A DNA stretch of 64,000 nt from Somniosus microcephalus. Lineage: Eukaryota. Within the stretch, counting starts at the first letter, position 1. Each line of letters starts with the position of its first letter. A model generated the notes under the pieces. The model saw only the letters and a program-made list of their open reading frames with translations. It was not told where the DNA came from and did no database searches. The stretch spans positions 86,676,001 through 86,740,000 of the forward strand of contig CM126215.1 of NCBI GenBank assembly GCA_052327205.1. Direction: 5' to 3'. Made by a program: the position numbers and the translations under genes. This document shows, piece by piece, positions 38,779-50,766 of the stretch.

Positions 38779-40579
38779 AGTATAGAATTGCAGATATGTG
38801 CAATGGATTCCTATCAAAAGCAGTTAACACCATATCGACTTAAAAAAACATCGATGAATATTCAATTCAGAATGGGATCAAAGGCTAGAATACATCTAGA
38901 TATAGATGATCAAATACTGAGTCTACAGATTGCGTGCTGCTGCACCATGGAGATATCATTTGTGGAATTACAGCAATTAGGTTTGAATAGTATATATTGT
39001 AATGTTAGAATGATGCTCCAAAGTTATCTTTATGGGCAGGGGAAATTTCAGACTTTATCTTGGATGTTTTACTTGTGTTTTTTTATTTATTGTTTTTTCA
39101 TGGCAGTGCATATTGTACACAGTAGAGTGGATTATTCAATTGGTTATGCCCGATGAACGAGCAAAGATCTGTTGAGTTAGATTAAAATTAAGGCTCAATT
39201 CTATTATATGGACATCAATGCAATTCCCCAACATTTACACACCTGCATCTGTAGCCAGACACACACATACCTGGCAATCATTAGGTAGCCAAATGCAGAG
39301 ATGTGCCATCTGTTGCAGGATATATGTAGTGAACATGCACTGTTAGGAAGGCACTACCAATGATGGTATCACTCAAATACACCCTAAAATACTCATCCTC
39401 TGCCTCCTTCCAGGCATCTTGCAATGACGTCCAATGCAGAGGATGTCCAGGCGTAGCAAACAGGGCCACCATCCACAATTAGTACACCTCTACTGCATCA
39501 AAGGGAGGGCTCGAGTGCTTTGCTGCTCTAACCCTCCACCAGACTCTCCTTACTTCCAAAGTCTTCGCCCCAGCTCAAAAGATCCTTTTTTGGGGGAATA
39601 TTCTTTGCCCAGTCAATTCTGTAACTGACCTGGAAATGGAAAAGTACCTTTCTACTGAACTAGACCTTGACATACAGTGTGCAGTGAGGAACTGAATTTT
39701 GACATTGTACTCAGAACATCCTTCCAGAGAACGAATCCACTGCATTGAGCCTGTGCATCGTGTTTTGAGCAGGCTTCCACATTTTAAAGTGCCTCATTTG
39801 CATCAATCACTGGGAAGTACTTGTGGCGGGATGCAACTTGGCCAGTGACCGAGGCAGGGTTGACCACAGTTTCTCTGATTATTTTTATTTTTACTCAAAA
39901 GAACAGTGGTAAATGGAATATTGCAAAGAAACCATAAATAAAATGAGAAACTTGGTTAAAAAGGTGAAGGATATTCTCAAGTACTGAAACTATAGGAGAA
40001 ATCTGCAACCACATTGGAAAAAAAGACAACGGGCTAAGAAATGACAAATGCAAGCTTTTTGTGGCGTGGGAAATAACAGACATTTGCTGTTGATAGCACA
40101 AGAAAAAGAATGAGACCCGATTATATACACGAGTGTGTACAGCTTCTTGCTCCCTGCCCCTGAAATTTTTTTTGACATAGGTTGTGTCTCCTTCTCCACC
40201 TCATTCCAAATCCAACTAGTACTCCTGATGTTCCCTGCAAATCTGTGATTATGCCTTTCAAAGTGGAGAATGTCAGTTGACTGTCCACGGTCAAACTTCT
40301 TGACAGGACAGTGCCCTAGGTGATTATCCCCCAAGTAGGATGATGCAAACCACCAATTTGTACATGGAGGCTATTTGTAATATAAATATAACACCTTATT
40401 TATCAAAATGTTGAGTTTTTTTCCTCAAATAAAATTATGAGTAATTCAATTCCCAGCAATGTGCAGGATGAAAACTTTATTCAATGGCTTACTATGGAAT
40501 ATTACATATTAAAAATACACATATTCACAGATAAATTAAAGATGTAATTCATCAGTGATGGAATGCAGTGAAGACTTAC

Positions 40580-40958
40580 CCAGCTGCAAACTGAGGGGCT
40601 GACATGAGGCCAGGATTGGCTAGTCCTGCAGCAGCAGCCATGGCAGCTAGGCCTGGATTGGTGGCATGCCCAGCACTAGTGGGTACCTGTGCAGCTGCTG
40701 CTTGTAGCGCAGTGGCCGCCGTCTGCAGTCCAGACGCTGACACCATGATTTGGCTTGTGCACAGAGGGTTTACTAAGCCAGTTGAGGTTGTCTGTGTGGT
40801 ATTTGTATCACTGCTGCTGGACGACTCAGTCACTGAAATGGATGCTGATGGTGAAGGGGTCAGAGACGGCGAAGTGACTGTCGACGTGGAAACTGCAGAT
40901 GATAGGCCGGTGATTACAGATGCCACGTTTGTAGGAGCTGTCCCTGATGCAGTTGTAC
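40580..40958 (-). CDS. POU2F1: POU2F1 Ser/Thr/Ala-rich exon: (G)[17 protein letters not shown]...[12 protein letters not shown]...[12 protein letters not shown]...[10 protein letters not shown]...QFAAG
   Basis: cccAG acceptor, GTAAGT donor, 379 bp, phase 1/2; matches human [42 protein letters not shown]. Confidence 0.96.
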
Positions 40959-41198
40959 CTGGGAGGAATAATGAGAGATATGAATTTTGCTTCCTATTTT
41001 ACGTTTCATCAAAATACTTCTAAAATGATTCACAGAATAAAATATAGGCATGAGGAAATGAACACTCTCCTTTTGAGGATAATCGTGGAATATTGTTGAT
41101 TATTGTGTTCAATTTTACACTAATTTTGGTGCAGAACACAATTAAAGAAACACATATCTGAATGCTACAGGGATCAAATTGACAATTATGAACACAAA

Positions 41199-41895
41199 GG
41201 GCTAAAAATTCAGTTTGGGGCGCCAAGCTCGCCTGGGCGCCGGAATTACCGCTGCGTGCGGAGCCACTTGCGCCATCCGGATATTCAGTTTCTGTGCCCC
41301 AAATGGAAGCGGGCCGCTAAACGAGGCTTCCCGCGCCCCGCTTGGGGCGCTGAAACTGAATATCGGCGCGCTAAGGGCCGCAGTGCCACACGCTGCGGCA
41401 TGGCACGCTGCGGTACTGCAGGCCTTCCTCCCACTGTTAAGGGGGAGGTGCCTGCAACAGCGCGATCCCCGCTCGCGAGTGCCGGCAAATGAGCCCGGCA
41501 CCAAGGAGAAGTGCCGGGCTCTCGGGAAACAGCCGGCAATGCCGGGGGGGGGGGGGGGGGGTGTAGGAGGCCGGGGACGGAGGTGCGGGCAGGCAGGCGC
41601 CGAAAAAGCGGCCGGCCGCACCTCCACCTTAACTAGCGCCACAGGTAGGCCCCTGTGTACCGGTCGCTATTTGCAGCCGGCACGGAGGAGGCAGGCGCGA
41701 CCAAATATGGCCATCGGGGCGATAGCGGGGCGCTGCGCACACCGATGAAGTCATCGGTGGCGGCGCAGCGCTACAGGCTAACGCCGCCATTAGCGCCCCG
41801 CTAAATATCGCGATAGGTGTGGCCAGTGGCGCTAAAGCCACTGAGTGCCCTCTTTGGGCGCAAACTGGTGGCGCAGGCCACTGAATTTCTAGGCC
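41199..41895. mobile_element. Young CpG-rich MITE (probably PIF/Harbinger-derived)
   Basis: Terminal inverted repeats gggctaaaaattcagt / actgaatttctaggcc; very high GC and CpG; the overlapping ORFs are compositional artefacts. Confidence 0.75.
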
Positions 41896-42039
41896 AAAGT
41901 TGCGACTAAGTTTCCATGGATAAGGAAACAACTGCGCCCTTCTTTCTCTGAATGACAAGAGTATAATGTCTAATTTTCCACGCTTCAGCATAACAGAAGT
42001 TATTGATCATAATTCCATATTTTGTAAATTCTTGATTTT

Positions 42040-42675
42040 AGCGGAACCAAGCACTGGGATTCATTTCTAGAGGGACAGAAGTTAGGTTAATCGTGTATCG
42101 AACCTAGGTTAGACCACACTTGGGAGTACTGTGCACAGTTCTGGTCTCCATATTATAATAAAAAGGATATAAAAGGCAACTGGAGGAGGTGCAAAAAAGA
42201 TTCACAAGGATGATACCAGAACTGAGAGGATATACGAATCAGCAAAGGCTGTACAGGATGGGGTTCTTTTCTCTAGAAAAGAGAAGGCTGAGGGGTGATG
42301 TGATAAGAGGTCTTTAAGTTTATGAAAGAGTTAGATAGGGTAGATGTAGAGAAGATGTTTCCACTTGTGGGGGTGACCAAAACTAGGGGCCATAAATATA
42401 AGATAGTCACTAATAAATCCGATAGGGAATTCTGGAGAAACTTCCTTTACCCAAAGAGTGGTAAGAATATGGAATGCGCTACCACAAAGAGCAGTTGAGG
42501 CAAATAGCACAGATGTATTTAAGTGGAAGCTAGATAAGCACATGAAGGAGAAAGGAATAGAAGGGTATGCTGATAGGGTTAGATAAAGTAGGGGGAGAGG
42601 AGGGTCGTGTGGAGCATAATCGCCGGCATAGACCAGTTGGGCCGAATGGCCTGTTTCTTTGCTGTACTCAATGTA
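42040..42675 (+). mobile_element. CR1 LINE 3' fragment (different subfamily)
   Basis: LVRPHL..YCAQFWSP, LFSLEKRRLRGD and TRGHKYKI remnants; 3' end ttgggccgaatggcctgtttct. Confidence 0.88.
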
Positions 42676-42977
42676 ACTATCAGAGGAGATCCTGAGTGTT
42701 AAAAATGCTAATCTACCTAGTGTCCCACATTTGTCGAACCTCCAAATAAAAAATAAATATATCAAAGTGGTGCTAACTGCAGTCAGGTGATGAAAGTTCT
42801 CATCACTCTTAGCTGTTCGGTTCTGGCACCAAAGTTTAGTGAAAGCAGGCAAATGGCTCCAGCCAGCTGCCTCATGATAATCAAGGGAAGAACCTTCCAC
42901 AAACTGAGCTAAGATACGGCTAGAATAGCTCCCAGATAGCTTAATTGGTTAGGCATCGACTAACTGAGACACACAGA

Positions 42978-45095
42978 CATAAGAAATAGGAGCAGGAGCA
43001 GGCCATTCGGCCCCTCGAGCCTGCTCCGCCATTCAATGAGATCATGGCTGATCTTCTGCCTCAACTTAATTCACCGCCCTATCGCCATATCCCTTGATGC
43101 CCTTACTAGTCAGAAATCTATTGACTTCTGTTTTGAATATACCCAATGACTGAGCCTCCACAGCCCTCTGGGGTACAGAATTCCAAAGATTCACCACCCT
43201 CTGTGTGAAGAAATTTCTTCTCATCTCAGTCCTGAATGGCCTACCCTTTATCCTGAGGCTGTGGCCCCTGGTTCTAGATTCCCCAGCCAAGGGAAACATT
43301 CTCCCAGCATTGACCCTATCAAGCCCTGTAATAATTTTGTATGTTTCAATCAGATCCCCTCTCATTCTTCTGAATTAAAGAGAATACAGGCCTAGTTTAC
43401 TCAATCTCTTCTCATACGACAGTCCCGCCACCCCAGGAATCAATCTCGTGAACCTTTGTTGCACTCCCTCTATGGCAAGTATATCCTTCCTTAGGTAAGG
43501 AGACCAAAATTGTACACAGTACCCCAGGTGTGGTCTCACCAAGGCCCTATATAATTGGAGTTAGACTTCTTTACTCCTGTACTCAAATCCTCTTGTAATA
43601 CCATTGCCATTGCAATTACCAACATACCATTTACCTTCCTAATGGCTTGCTGCACCTGCACATTCACTTTCAGTGACTCATGTACAAGGACACCCAGGTC
43701 CCTTTGAGAATCTGCATTCCCCAATCTTTCACCATTTAGGAAATACTCTGCCTTTCTGTTTTTTCTACCAAAGTGGATAACTTCACATTTTCCATCTGCC
43801 ATATTCTCGCCTACTCACTGAGCCTGTCGAGATCCCCTTGAAGTCTCTTCACATCCTCTTCGCAATTGACACTGCCACCTAGCTTTGTATCATCAGCAAA
43901 TTTGGAAATGTTACATTTAGTCCTCTCATCCAAATCATTGATATAGATTGTGAATAGCTGGGGCCCAAGCACTGATCCTTGCGGTACCCTACTAGTCACA
44001 GCCTGCCATCCTGAAAAAGACCTGTTTATCCCTACTCTTTGTTTTCTGTCTGTTAACCAATTCTCAATCCATGCTAGTATATTTCCCCCAATTCCATGTG
44101 CCCTAATTTTGTTCACCAACCTCTTGTGTGGGACCTTATCGAAGGCCTTCTGAAAATCCAGATACACCACATCTACCAGTTCCCCTTTGTCTACTTCACT
44201 AGTTACATCCTCAAAGAACTCCAATAGGTTTGTCAAACAGGATTTCCCTTTCATAAATCCATGTTGACTCTGCCCAATCTTGCTATTAGTTTCTAAGTGC
44301 CTGGTTATTGCATCCTTTACAATAGATTCCAGCATTTTCCCAACTACTGATGTGAGGCTAACAGGTCTGTAGTTCCCCATTTTCTCTCTCCCTCCTTTCT
44401 TAAACAGCGGGGTTACATTTGCTATCCTCCAATCTGCAGGAACTGTTCCAGAATCTATAGAATTTTGGAAGATGACAACCAATGTGTCCACTATTCCAAT
44501 GGCCACCTCTTTCAAAACCCTAGGATGTAGGTCATCCGGTCCTTGGAATTTATCGACTTTTAGTCCCATTAATTTTGCTAGTACTGTACTGTTTTTTTTA
44601 CTAATAGTAATTTGTTTAAGTTCCTCATTCTCGCCACACCCTTGGTTTTCTCGTATTTTTGGGAGATTTTGTGTCTTCCTCCGTGAAGACAGAAACAAAG
44701 TATTTATTTAATTTCTCTGCCAGTTCCTCATTCCCCATTATAAATTCTCCCGTCTCTGACTGTAAAGGACCTACATTTACCTTCGCCAGTCTTTTCCTTT
44801 TCACATACCTATAGAAGCTTTTACAATCCGTTTTTATATTTTTCGCTAGTTTGTGCTCATATTCCATTTTCCCTTTCTTTATCAATTTCTTGGTCCCCCT
44901 TTGCTGATTTCTAAAAAGATCCCAATCCTCAGGCTGACTGCTTTTTCTGGCAACTTTATAAGCTTCCTCCTTTGACTTAATACTAGCTTTAATTTCTTTT
45001 GTTAGCCATAGTTGGATCACTTATCCTTTTGGATTTTTATGCCCTAGAGGAATATATGTTTGTTGCAAATTATGCATTATTTCCTTGAATGTTAG
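42978..45095 (-). mobile_element. CR1 LINE, 5'-truncated, with a 295-aa RT ORF remnant (43811-44698)
   Basis: [48 protein letters not shown] and FADDTK motifs; 3' tail at about 42978. Confidence 0.96.
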
Positions 45096-45099
45096 CCAT

Positions 45100-45430
45100 T
45101 GTATGTCCTGCCCAGACAAGGAAAGTTCCAGATTTGATTCCTGGATTGTGCCAAATTAACTGATTTCATTTTAGACAGTGATAGGCCACAACTATCTCAA
45201 TGCTCCAGTGTTAGGGAGAAATCACCCAGGGTTCCCACTTTTGACTGCACTCCAGCAACCCCTGGAAACGCACATATGCAGACCATGGGTGATTTGAGCT
45301 GTCATACTACTCATTGTTGAACAGCCTGCTTACAGTTGTTGTCTAGGCTCACATGAAGAATGGCTGCTTGTTTGAGATCCTGGAAGGCCCCGAGCAGCTG
45401 TGGAACCATACCGCAGTGAAGAGTCAATTT
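45100..45430 (+). repeat. Old SINE-like element
   Basis: Degenerate sequence (ccagggttccc..ccagcaacccctggaaa..gtctaggctcacatgaagaatggc) also present inverted at about 5.0 kb. Confidence 0.45.
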
Positions 45431-45789
45431 CTTGAGGTGCCTGTTTTATATGGGCAGTAACATGATTGGGTGTAAAAGTGGAAATGATAGAAAATTGGAT
45501 GTATAATGTCAGCACATCATTACCATCTCAGTTCCAACAGCAATATCCAAATATGGGCATGTAGTTTCCCTGGCTGATACAATCGACATCGTAAAATGAG
45601 GGGGAAGCTGAAGTAGACCAGATTCTCAGTGGCTGGGCTTCCTCCCATTTAGCACTGGTACAACAGGCAGCTGGGAGAAAATGGAGGCTCAGGATTTTCA
45701 TTCCTGTTCCTACCAAAGCCATAAAAATCCAATATGCGTTCTCAGAAAACTTTTAAAAACCATTATCACACTGTAGCAAACTGAAGCTG

Positions 45790-46230
45790 CAATCCTTCCT
45801 CAAACTCTACGTTCCTCGAACTCTGGCCTCTTGTACATTCCCCACTCTTTGCCCCACCACTGGTGACTGTGCCTTAAGTTGTCTAGGCCCTACCCCCAGC
45901 AATTCTCTCGCTAAACCTCTCCCGCTTCTTTTAAGACCCTCCTTAAAACCCACATCTGACAAAGCTTTTAGTCAACCCTCCTAATATCTGATGAAAGGTC
46001 ATCGACCTGAAACGTTAACTCTGTTTCTCTCTTCACAGATGCTGCCTGACCTGCTGAATATCTCCAGCATTTTCTGTTTTTATTTCAGATTTCCAGCATC
46101 TGCAGTATTTTCTTTTTATCTCCTAATATCTCCTTTGGCTCAGTGCTAATTTGTGTCTGATTACACTGCTGTGAAAGACCGTGGGACCTTTTTTTTTACA
46201 TTAAAGGCGCTATGTAAATTCAAGTTGTTT
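45790..46230 (+). mobile_element. L2 3'-end fragment interrupted by a Penelope-derived insertion
   Basis: Similar to 11780-12065; split at 45989/46120. Confidence 0.75.
45988..46119 (+). mobile_element. Short Penelope-derived insertion starting at a hammerhead core
   Basis: CTGATGA-A-AGGTC-atc-GACCT-GAAAC-GTT; 12-bp TSD ctcctaatatct at 45978-45989 and 46120-46131. Confidence 0.8.
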
Positions 46231-48319
46231 CAACACACTGAAGAGGTGGTCCTTTAAACGCAGTGAATAGAACACTTCCTCTTGGTGTTATAGACCATTA
46301 AAAGTAGCTTTCTTTGACACTAATAATACACAACCACCACCTTCTGGAACTTCCGTTGTTCTTAGCCAACCCTCTCAAGAGCCATTATTCATTAGGTTTG
46401 TCCACGTAATAGCCACTGCCTTCATGTGAAGCAGTGAGATATTTCAATGGGATAAGGCACTACACAAGTCCAAGTTTTGTGTGATCTTGTTGATCAGAAG
46501 CGTCATCAGAAGATTATTTGTTTAAAACAAATAATACGGATCGCATTGGGGCTTGAATAAACAGTGCATCATTATGCTCTCTATGAAGTGCTGAGCCAAA
46601 AGAACCAATAAATCCATCAAATTTACATCTGCATAACATCAAAGCAGCGCATTGATGACAGAGTACACTGCTTGATTATACTATACTGGTCCATACCCTC
46701 ACCCCTCTGATGAAAAACATATTCACTGAAATCATTCAAGGTCTACAACAACAACTTCCTGTATTTATATAGCACCTTCAACGTAGTAAAACATCCCAAG
46801 GCGCTTCATAGGAATGTTATCAAACAAAATTTGACACCAAGCCACATAAGGATATATTAGGGCAGAAAAGAGGTAGGTTTTAAGGAGCGTCTTAAAGAGG
46901 AAAAAGAGGTAGAGAGGCGGAGAGATTTAAGGAGGGAATCCCAGAGAGGTAGAGGGGTTTAGGGAGGGAATTCCAGAGTGGCGGAGAGGTTTAGGGAAGG
47001 AATTCCAGAGATTAGGACATTGGTAGCTGAAGGTACGGCTGCCAATGGTGGAGCGATTAAAATCGGGGATGCGCAAGAGGCCAGAATTGGAGGAGTGCAG
47101 ATGCTATCGCAGAGGGTTTGTAGGGCTGGAGGAGATTAGAGAGATAGGGAGGGGAGAGGCCATAGAGGGATTTGAAAACAAGGATGAGAATTTTAAAATC
47201 GTGGTGTTGCTTAACCAGGAGCCAATGTAGGTCGGCGAACACAGGGGTGGTGGGCAAACAGGACTTGGTGCGAGTTAGGACACGGGCAGCAGAGTTTTGG
47301 ATGACCTGAAGTTTACGAAGGGTCGAAAGTGGGAGGCTAGCCAGAAGTGTGTTGAAACAGTCAAGTCTAGAGGTAATAAAGGCATGGATGAGGGTTTCAG
47401 CAGCAGATGAGCTGAGGCAAGGGTGGAGTCGGGCAATGTTACGGAGGTGGAAATAGGCGGTCTTAGTGATGACGTGGATGTGTGATCAGAAGCTCAACTC
47501 GGGATCAAATATGACCCCAAGTCTGGTTCAGCCTCAAGACAGTTGCCGGGGAGAGGGTTGGAGTCGGTGGCTAGGGAACGGAGTTTGTGGCAGGGACCGA
47601 AGACAATGGCTTCAGTCTTCCCACTATTTAGTTGGAGGAAATTTCTGCTCATTCAGTCTGACAATTTAGAGACAGTTGCGGGGTCGAGAGAGGTGCAGGT
47701 GAAGTATTGCTGGGTGTCGTCAGCGTACATGTGGAAACTGACACTGTTTTCGGATGTCGCCGCCGAGGGGCAGCATGTAGATGAGAAATAGGAGGAGACC
47801 AAGGATAGATACTTGGGGGACATCACAGGTAACGGTGTGAGAGTGAGAAGAGAAGCTATTGCAGATGAATCTCTGGCTACGACTGGATAGCTAAGAATGG
47901 AACTAGGCGAGTACAGTCCCATCCAGCTAGACAATGGAGAAGAGGCGTTGAGGAGAATGGTGTCGTTAACCGTGTCAAAGGCTGCAGACAGATCGAGAAG
48001 GGATAGTTTACCTTTATCATAGTCACATAGGATGTCATTTGTGACTTTGATAAAAGCAGTTTCAGTACTGTGGTGGGGGCGGAAACCTGATTGGAGGGAT
48101 TCAAACATGGAGTTCCAGGAAAGATGGGCATGGATTTGGGAGGCGACAGCACGTTCAGGGACTTGAGAGGAAAAAGAGAGGTTGGAGATGGGGCGGTAGT
48201 TTGCAAGGGGTCAAGGTTTGTTTTTTTTGAGAAGAGGGGTGATGATGGCAGATTTGAAGGGGAGGAGAGAGAACCATTAACAATATCAGCTAACATGGGA
48301 GGGAGGGAAGGAAAGAAAG

Positions 48320-48757
48320 ACCTCATGACGTCCCAATGCGCTTTAGTCAATGAAGTATTTTTTGAAGTGCAGTCACTGTTGTAATGTAGGAAACACGGCA
48401 GCCAATTTGCGCACAGCTAGCTCCCACAAACAACAATGTAATAATGACATGAAAATCTGGGTTTTTTTTTTTTAGTGATGTTGATTGAGGGATAAATATT
48501 GGCCATGACACCAGGGAAAACTGCCCTACTCTTCTTCGAAATAGTGCCATGGGATCTTTTACATCCACCTGAGAGAGCAGACGGGGGCCTCGGTTTACTG
48601 TCTCATCCGAAAGACGGCACCTCTGACAGTGCAGCGCTCCTTCAGTACTGCACTGGAGTGTTAGCCTGGATTTTTGTGCTCAAGTCTCTGGTGCGAGAAC
48701 CCACAACCTTCTGACTCAGAGGCAAGAGTGCTATCCACTGAGCCACAGCTGACACAC
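48320..48757 (-). mobile_element. tRNA-derived Deu-domain SINE (SacSINE1-like)
   Basis: Reverse strand: tggctcagtgg A-box and ggttc B-box-like head; Deu-domain-like taaaagatcccatggcact..ggccaatatttatccctcaa..caaattggctgccgtgtttcctacattacaacagtgact. Confidence 0.85.
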
Positions 48758-48899
48758 CGGTGGGCATGGGGAAGGGAGGTAAGCGGCTGAGGCAGCTGAA
48801 CAGATGGTTTAAATCTTAGTGACAAAGAAGTCCATGAGCTTCTAAACAGTGTTAAAGTCGGGAATTTGGAGAGAGTGGGAATTCGGAGCACTGGAAAAA

Positions 48900-48935
48900 A
48901 GTTCTGATGAAAGGTCATCAACCTGAAACGTTAAC
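48900..48935 (+). ncRNA. Minimal type-I hammerhead ribozyme motif (Penelope-type), most complete copy
   Basis: AGTT-CTGATGA-A-AGGT(catca)ACCT-GAAAC-GTT-AACT: stem I AGTT/AACT, intact core, palindromic ACGT in place of stem III. Activity untested. Confidence 0.65.
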
Positions 48936-48990
48936 TCTGTTTCTCTCTCCACAGATGCTGCCTAACCTGCTGAGTATTTCTAGCATTTTC

Positions 48991-49945
48991 AGCAATGTAT
49001 CCAAGTTTGCTGACGATACAAAGCTAGGTGGGAAAGTAAGCTGTGAGGAGGACACAAAGTGCCTGCAAAGGGATATAGACAGATTAAGTGAGTGGGCAAG
49101 AAGGTGGCAGATGCAGTATAATGTGGGGAAATGTGAGGTTATTCACTTTGGTAGGAAGAATAGAAAATCAGAATATTTTTTAACTGGTGCAAAACTATTA
49201 AATGTTGGTGTTCAGAGATTTGGGTGTCCTCATGCAAGAAACACAGAATGCTAGCATGCAGGTACAGCAAACAATAAGACAGACAAATGGCAAGTTGGCC
49301 TTTATTGCAAGGGGGTTGGAGTATAAGAGTAAGGAAGTCTTGCTACAATTGTACAGGGCCTTGGTGAGACCACACCTGGAGTGCTGGGCAGTTTTAGTCT
49401 CCTTATCAAAGGAAGGATAGACTTGCCTCGGAGGTGGTGCAGCGAAGGTTCACTGGATTGATTCCTGGGATGAGAGGGCTGTCTGATGTTGAGAGATTGT
49501 GTAGAATGGCCCTATACTCTCTGGAGTTTAGAAGAGAGACTCTATTCTAATGAGAGGTAATCTCATTGACACTTACAAGATTCTGAAGGGGATTGACAGG
49601 GTAGACGCTGAGAGGTTGTTTCCCCTGGCTGGAGTGTCTACAACTAGGGGGCATAGTCTCAGGATAAGGGGACAGGCCATTTAAGACCGAGATGAGGAGG
49701 AATTTCTTCACTCAGAGGGCTGTGAATCTTTGGAATTCTCTGCCCCAGAGGGCTGTAATTTCTGAGTCTCTGAGTATATTCAAGGCTGAGATAGATGGAT
49801 TTTTGGACTCTAGGGGAACCAAGGGATATGGAGATCGTGCAGGAAAGTGGAGTTGAGGTCGATAATCAGCCATGATCTTATTGAATGGCAGAGCAGGCTC
49901 GAGGAGCCGTATGGCCTACTCCTGCTCCTATTTCATATGTTCTCA
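48991..49945 (+). mobile_element. CR1 LINE 3' fragment nested in the L2
   Basis: [40 protein letters not shown]; 3' end atggcctactcctgctcctatttc. Confidence 0.93.
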
Positions 49946-50663
49946 TGAGTGCCTCGTTGGGCCCATCGGAGGATGCCAAGAGAGGCACAGAGGGAAGCTG
50001 GAGGCTTATCTACGAGGGAGTCAAGCATGGGAAAGCAGGAAGGTGGAGCAGTGATGAAGGGTTGGGGTAGGGATTTGGGAGGGCAGAGTACCCGAGGGGG
50101 GAGAAATGAAAGGAAGCATGATGACAGAAGAGAGGGGCCTAGGAGGGGTAAAGAGAAATTAAGTTAAAAAAATTAAAATTGGAAATAGTAGTGATGGGCT
50201 CGGGTCTGGAGCAGCAGCCAAAACATGCACACGAACGGACACAGAGAAAACTCAAGTTACACAGGCCTGGTTATGTAGCAATTATTAGGATACATATATC
50301 CTGGTAGTAAACGGGAAACAGAGGGGAAACAATAGGAGGGAGTCCAGAGTTGAAGTCAGAGGTCCCGTGGTGGGATAAAGTTGACGTAATTAGGGTGGAG
50401 TTGGCATGGAGCCTCGACGAACTGTTGACCAACTTCGGAGACAAGTGTGGCGGGCAAGTGAAGTCCAGAAGCTGTTTGAAGGGTAGAGTATCGGAGGATG
50501 CACTGACAGCGATATTTCCATGGGAATGAAGATCCAGGTGGTGTGCAAAATCATCGCGAGGCAGGAAAAAGAGTGGCGAAGTTGAAGGTCACCATAAGAT
50601 CCAGAAGCGGCAGAGAAATGCACTTCAGCCCAGGAGCGTGAAACTCTAGCCAGGAACCAGACT

Positions 50664-50766
50664 TTTCTGACGAAAGGTCATCGACCTGAAACGTTAACTC
50701 TGTTTCTCTCTCTCTCCACAGATGCTGCCTGACCTGCTGAGTATTTCTAACATTTTCTGTTTTTAC
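50664..50766 (+). mobile_element. Short Penelope-derived insertion with hammerhead core
   Basis: CTGACGA-A-AGGTC-atc-GACCT-GAAAC-GTT-AACT; 8-bp TSD accagact at 50656-50663 and 50767-50774. Confidence 0.8.

Noticed and set aside
40604-41023. 139-aa + strand ORF (and the similar 34883-35182 ORF)
   Set aside because: Antisense shadows of Ser/Thr/Ala-rich POU2F1 exons; no independent evidence of coding.
41202-41991. Several overlapping 80-177 aa ORFs
   Set aside because: They arise from the stop-poor, GC-rich MITE.
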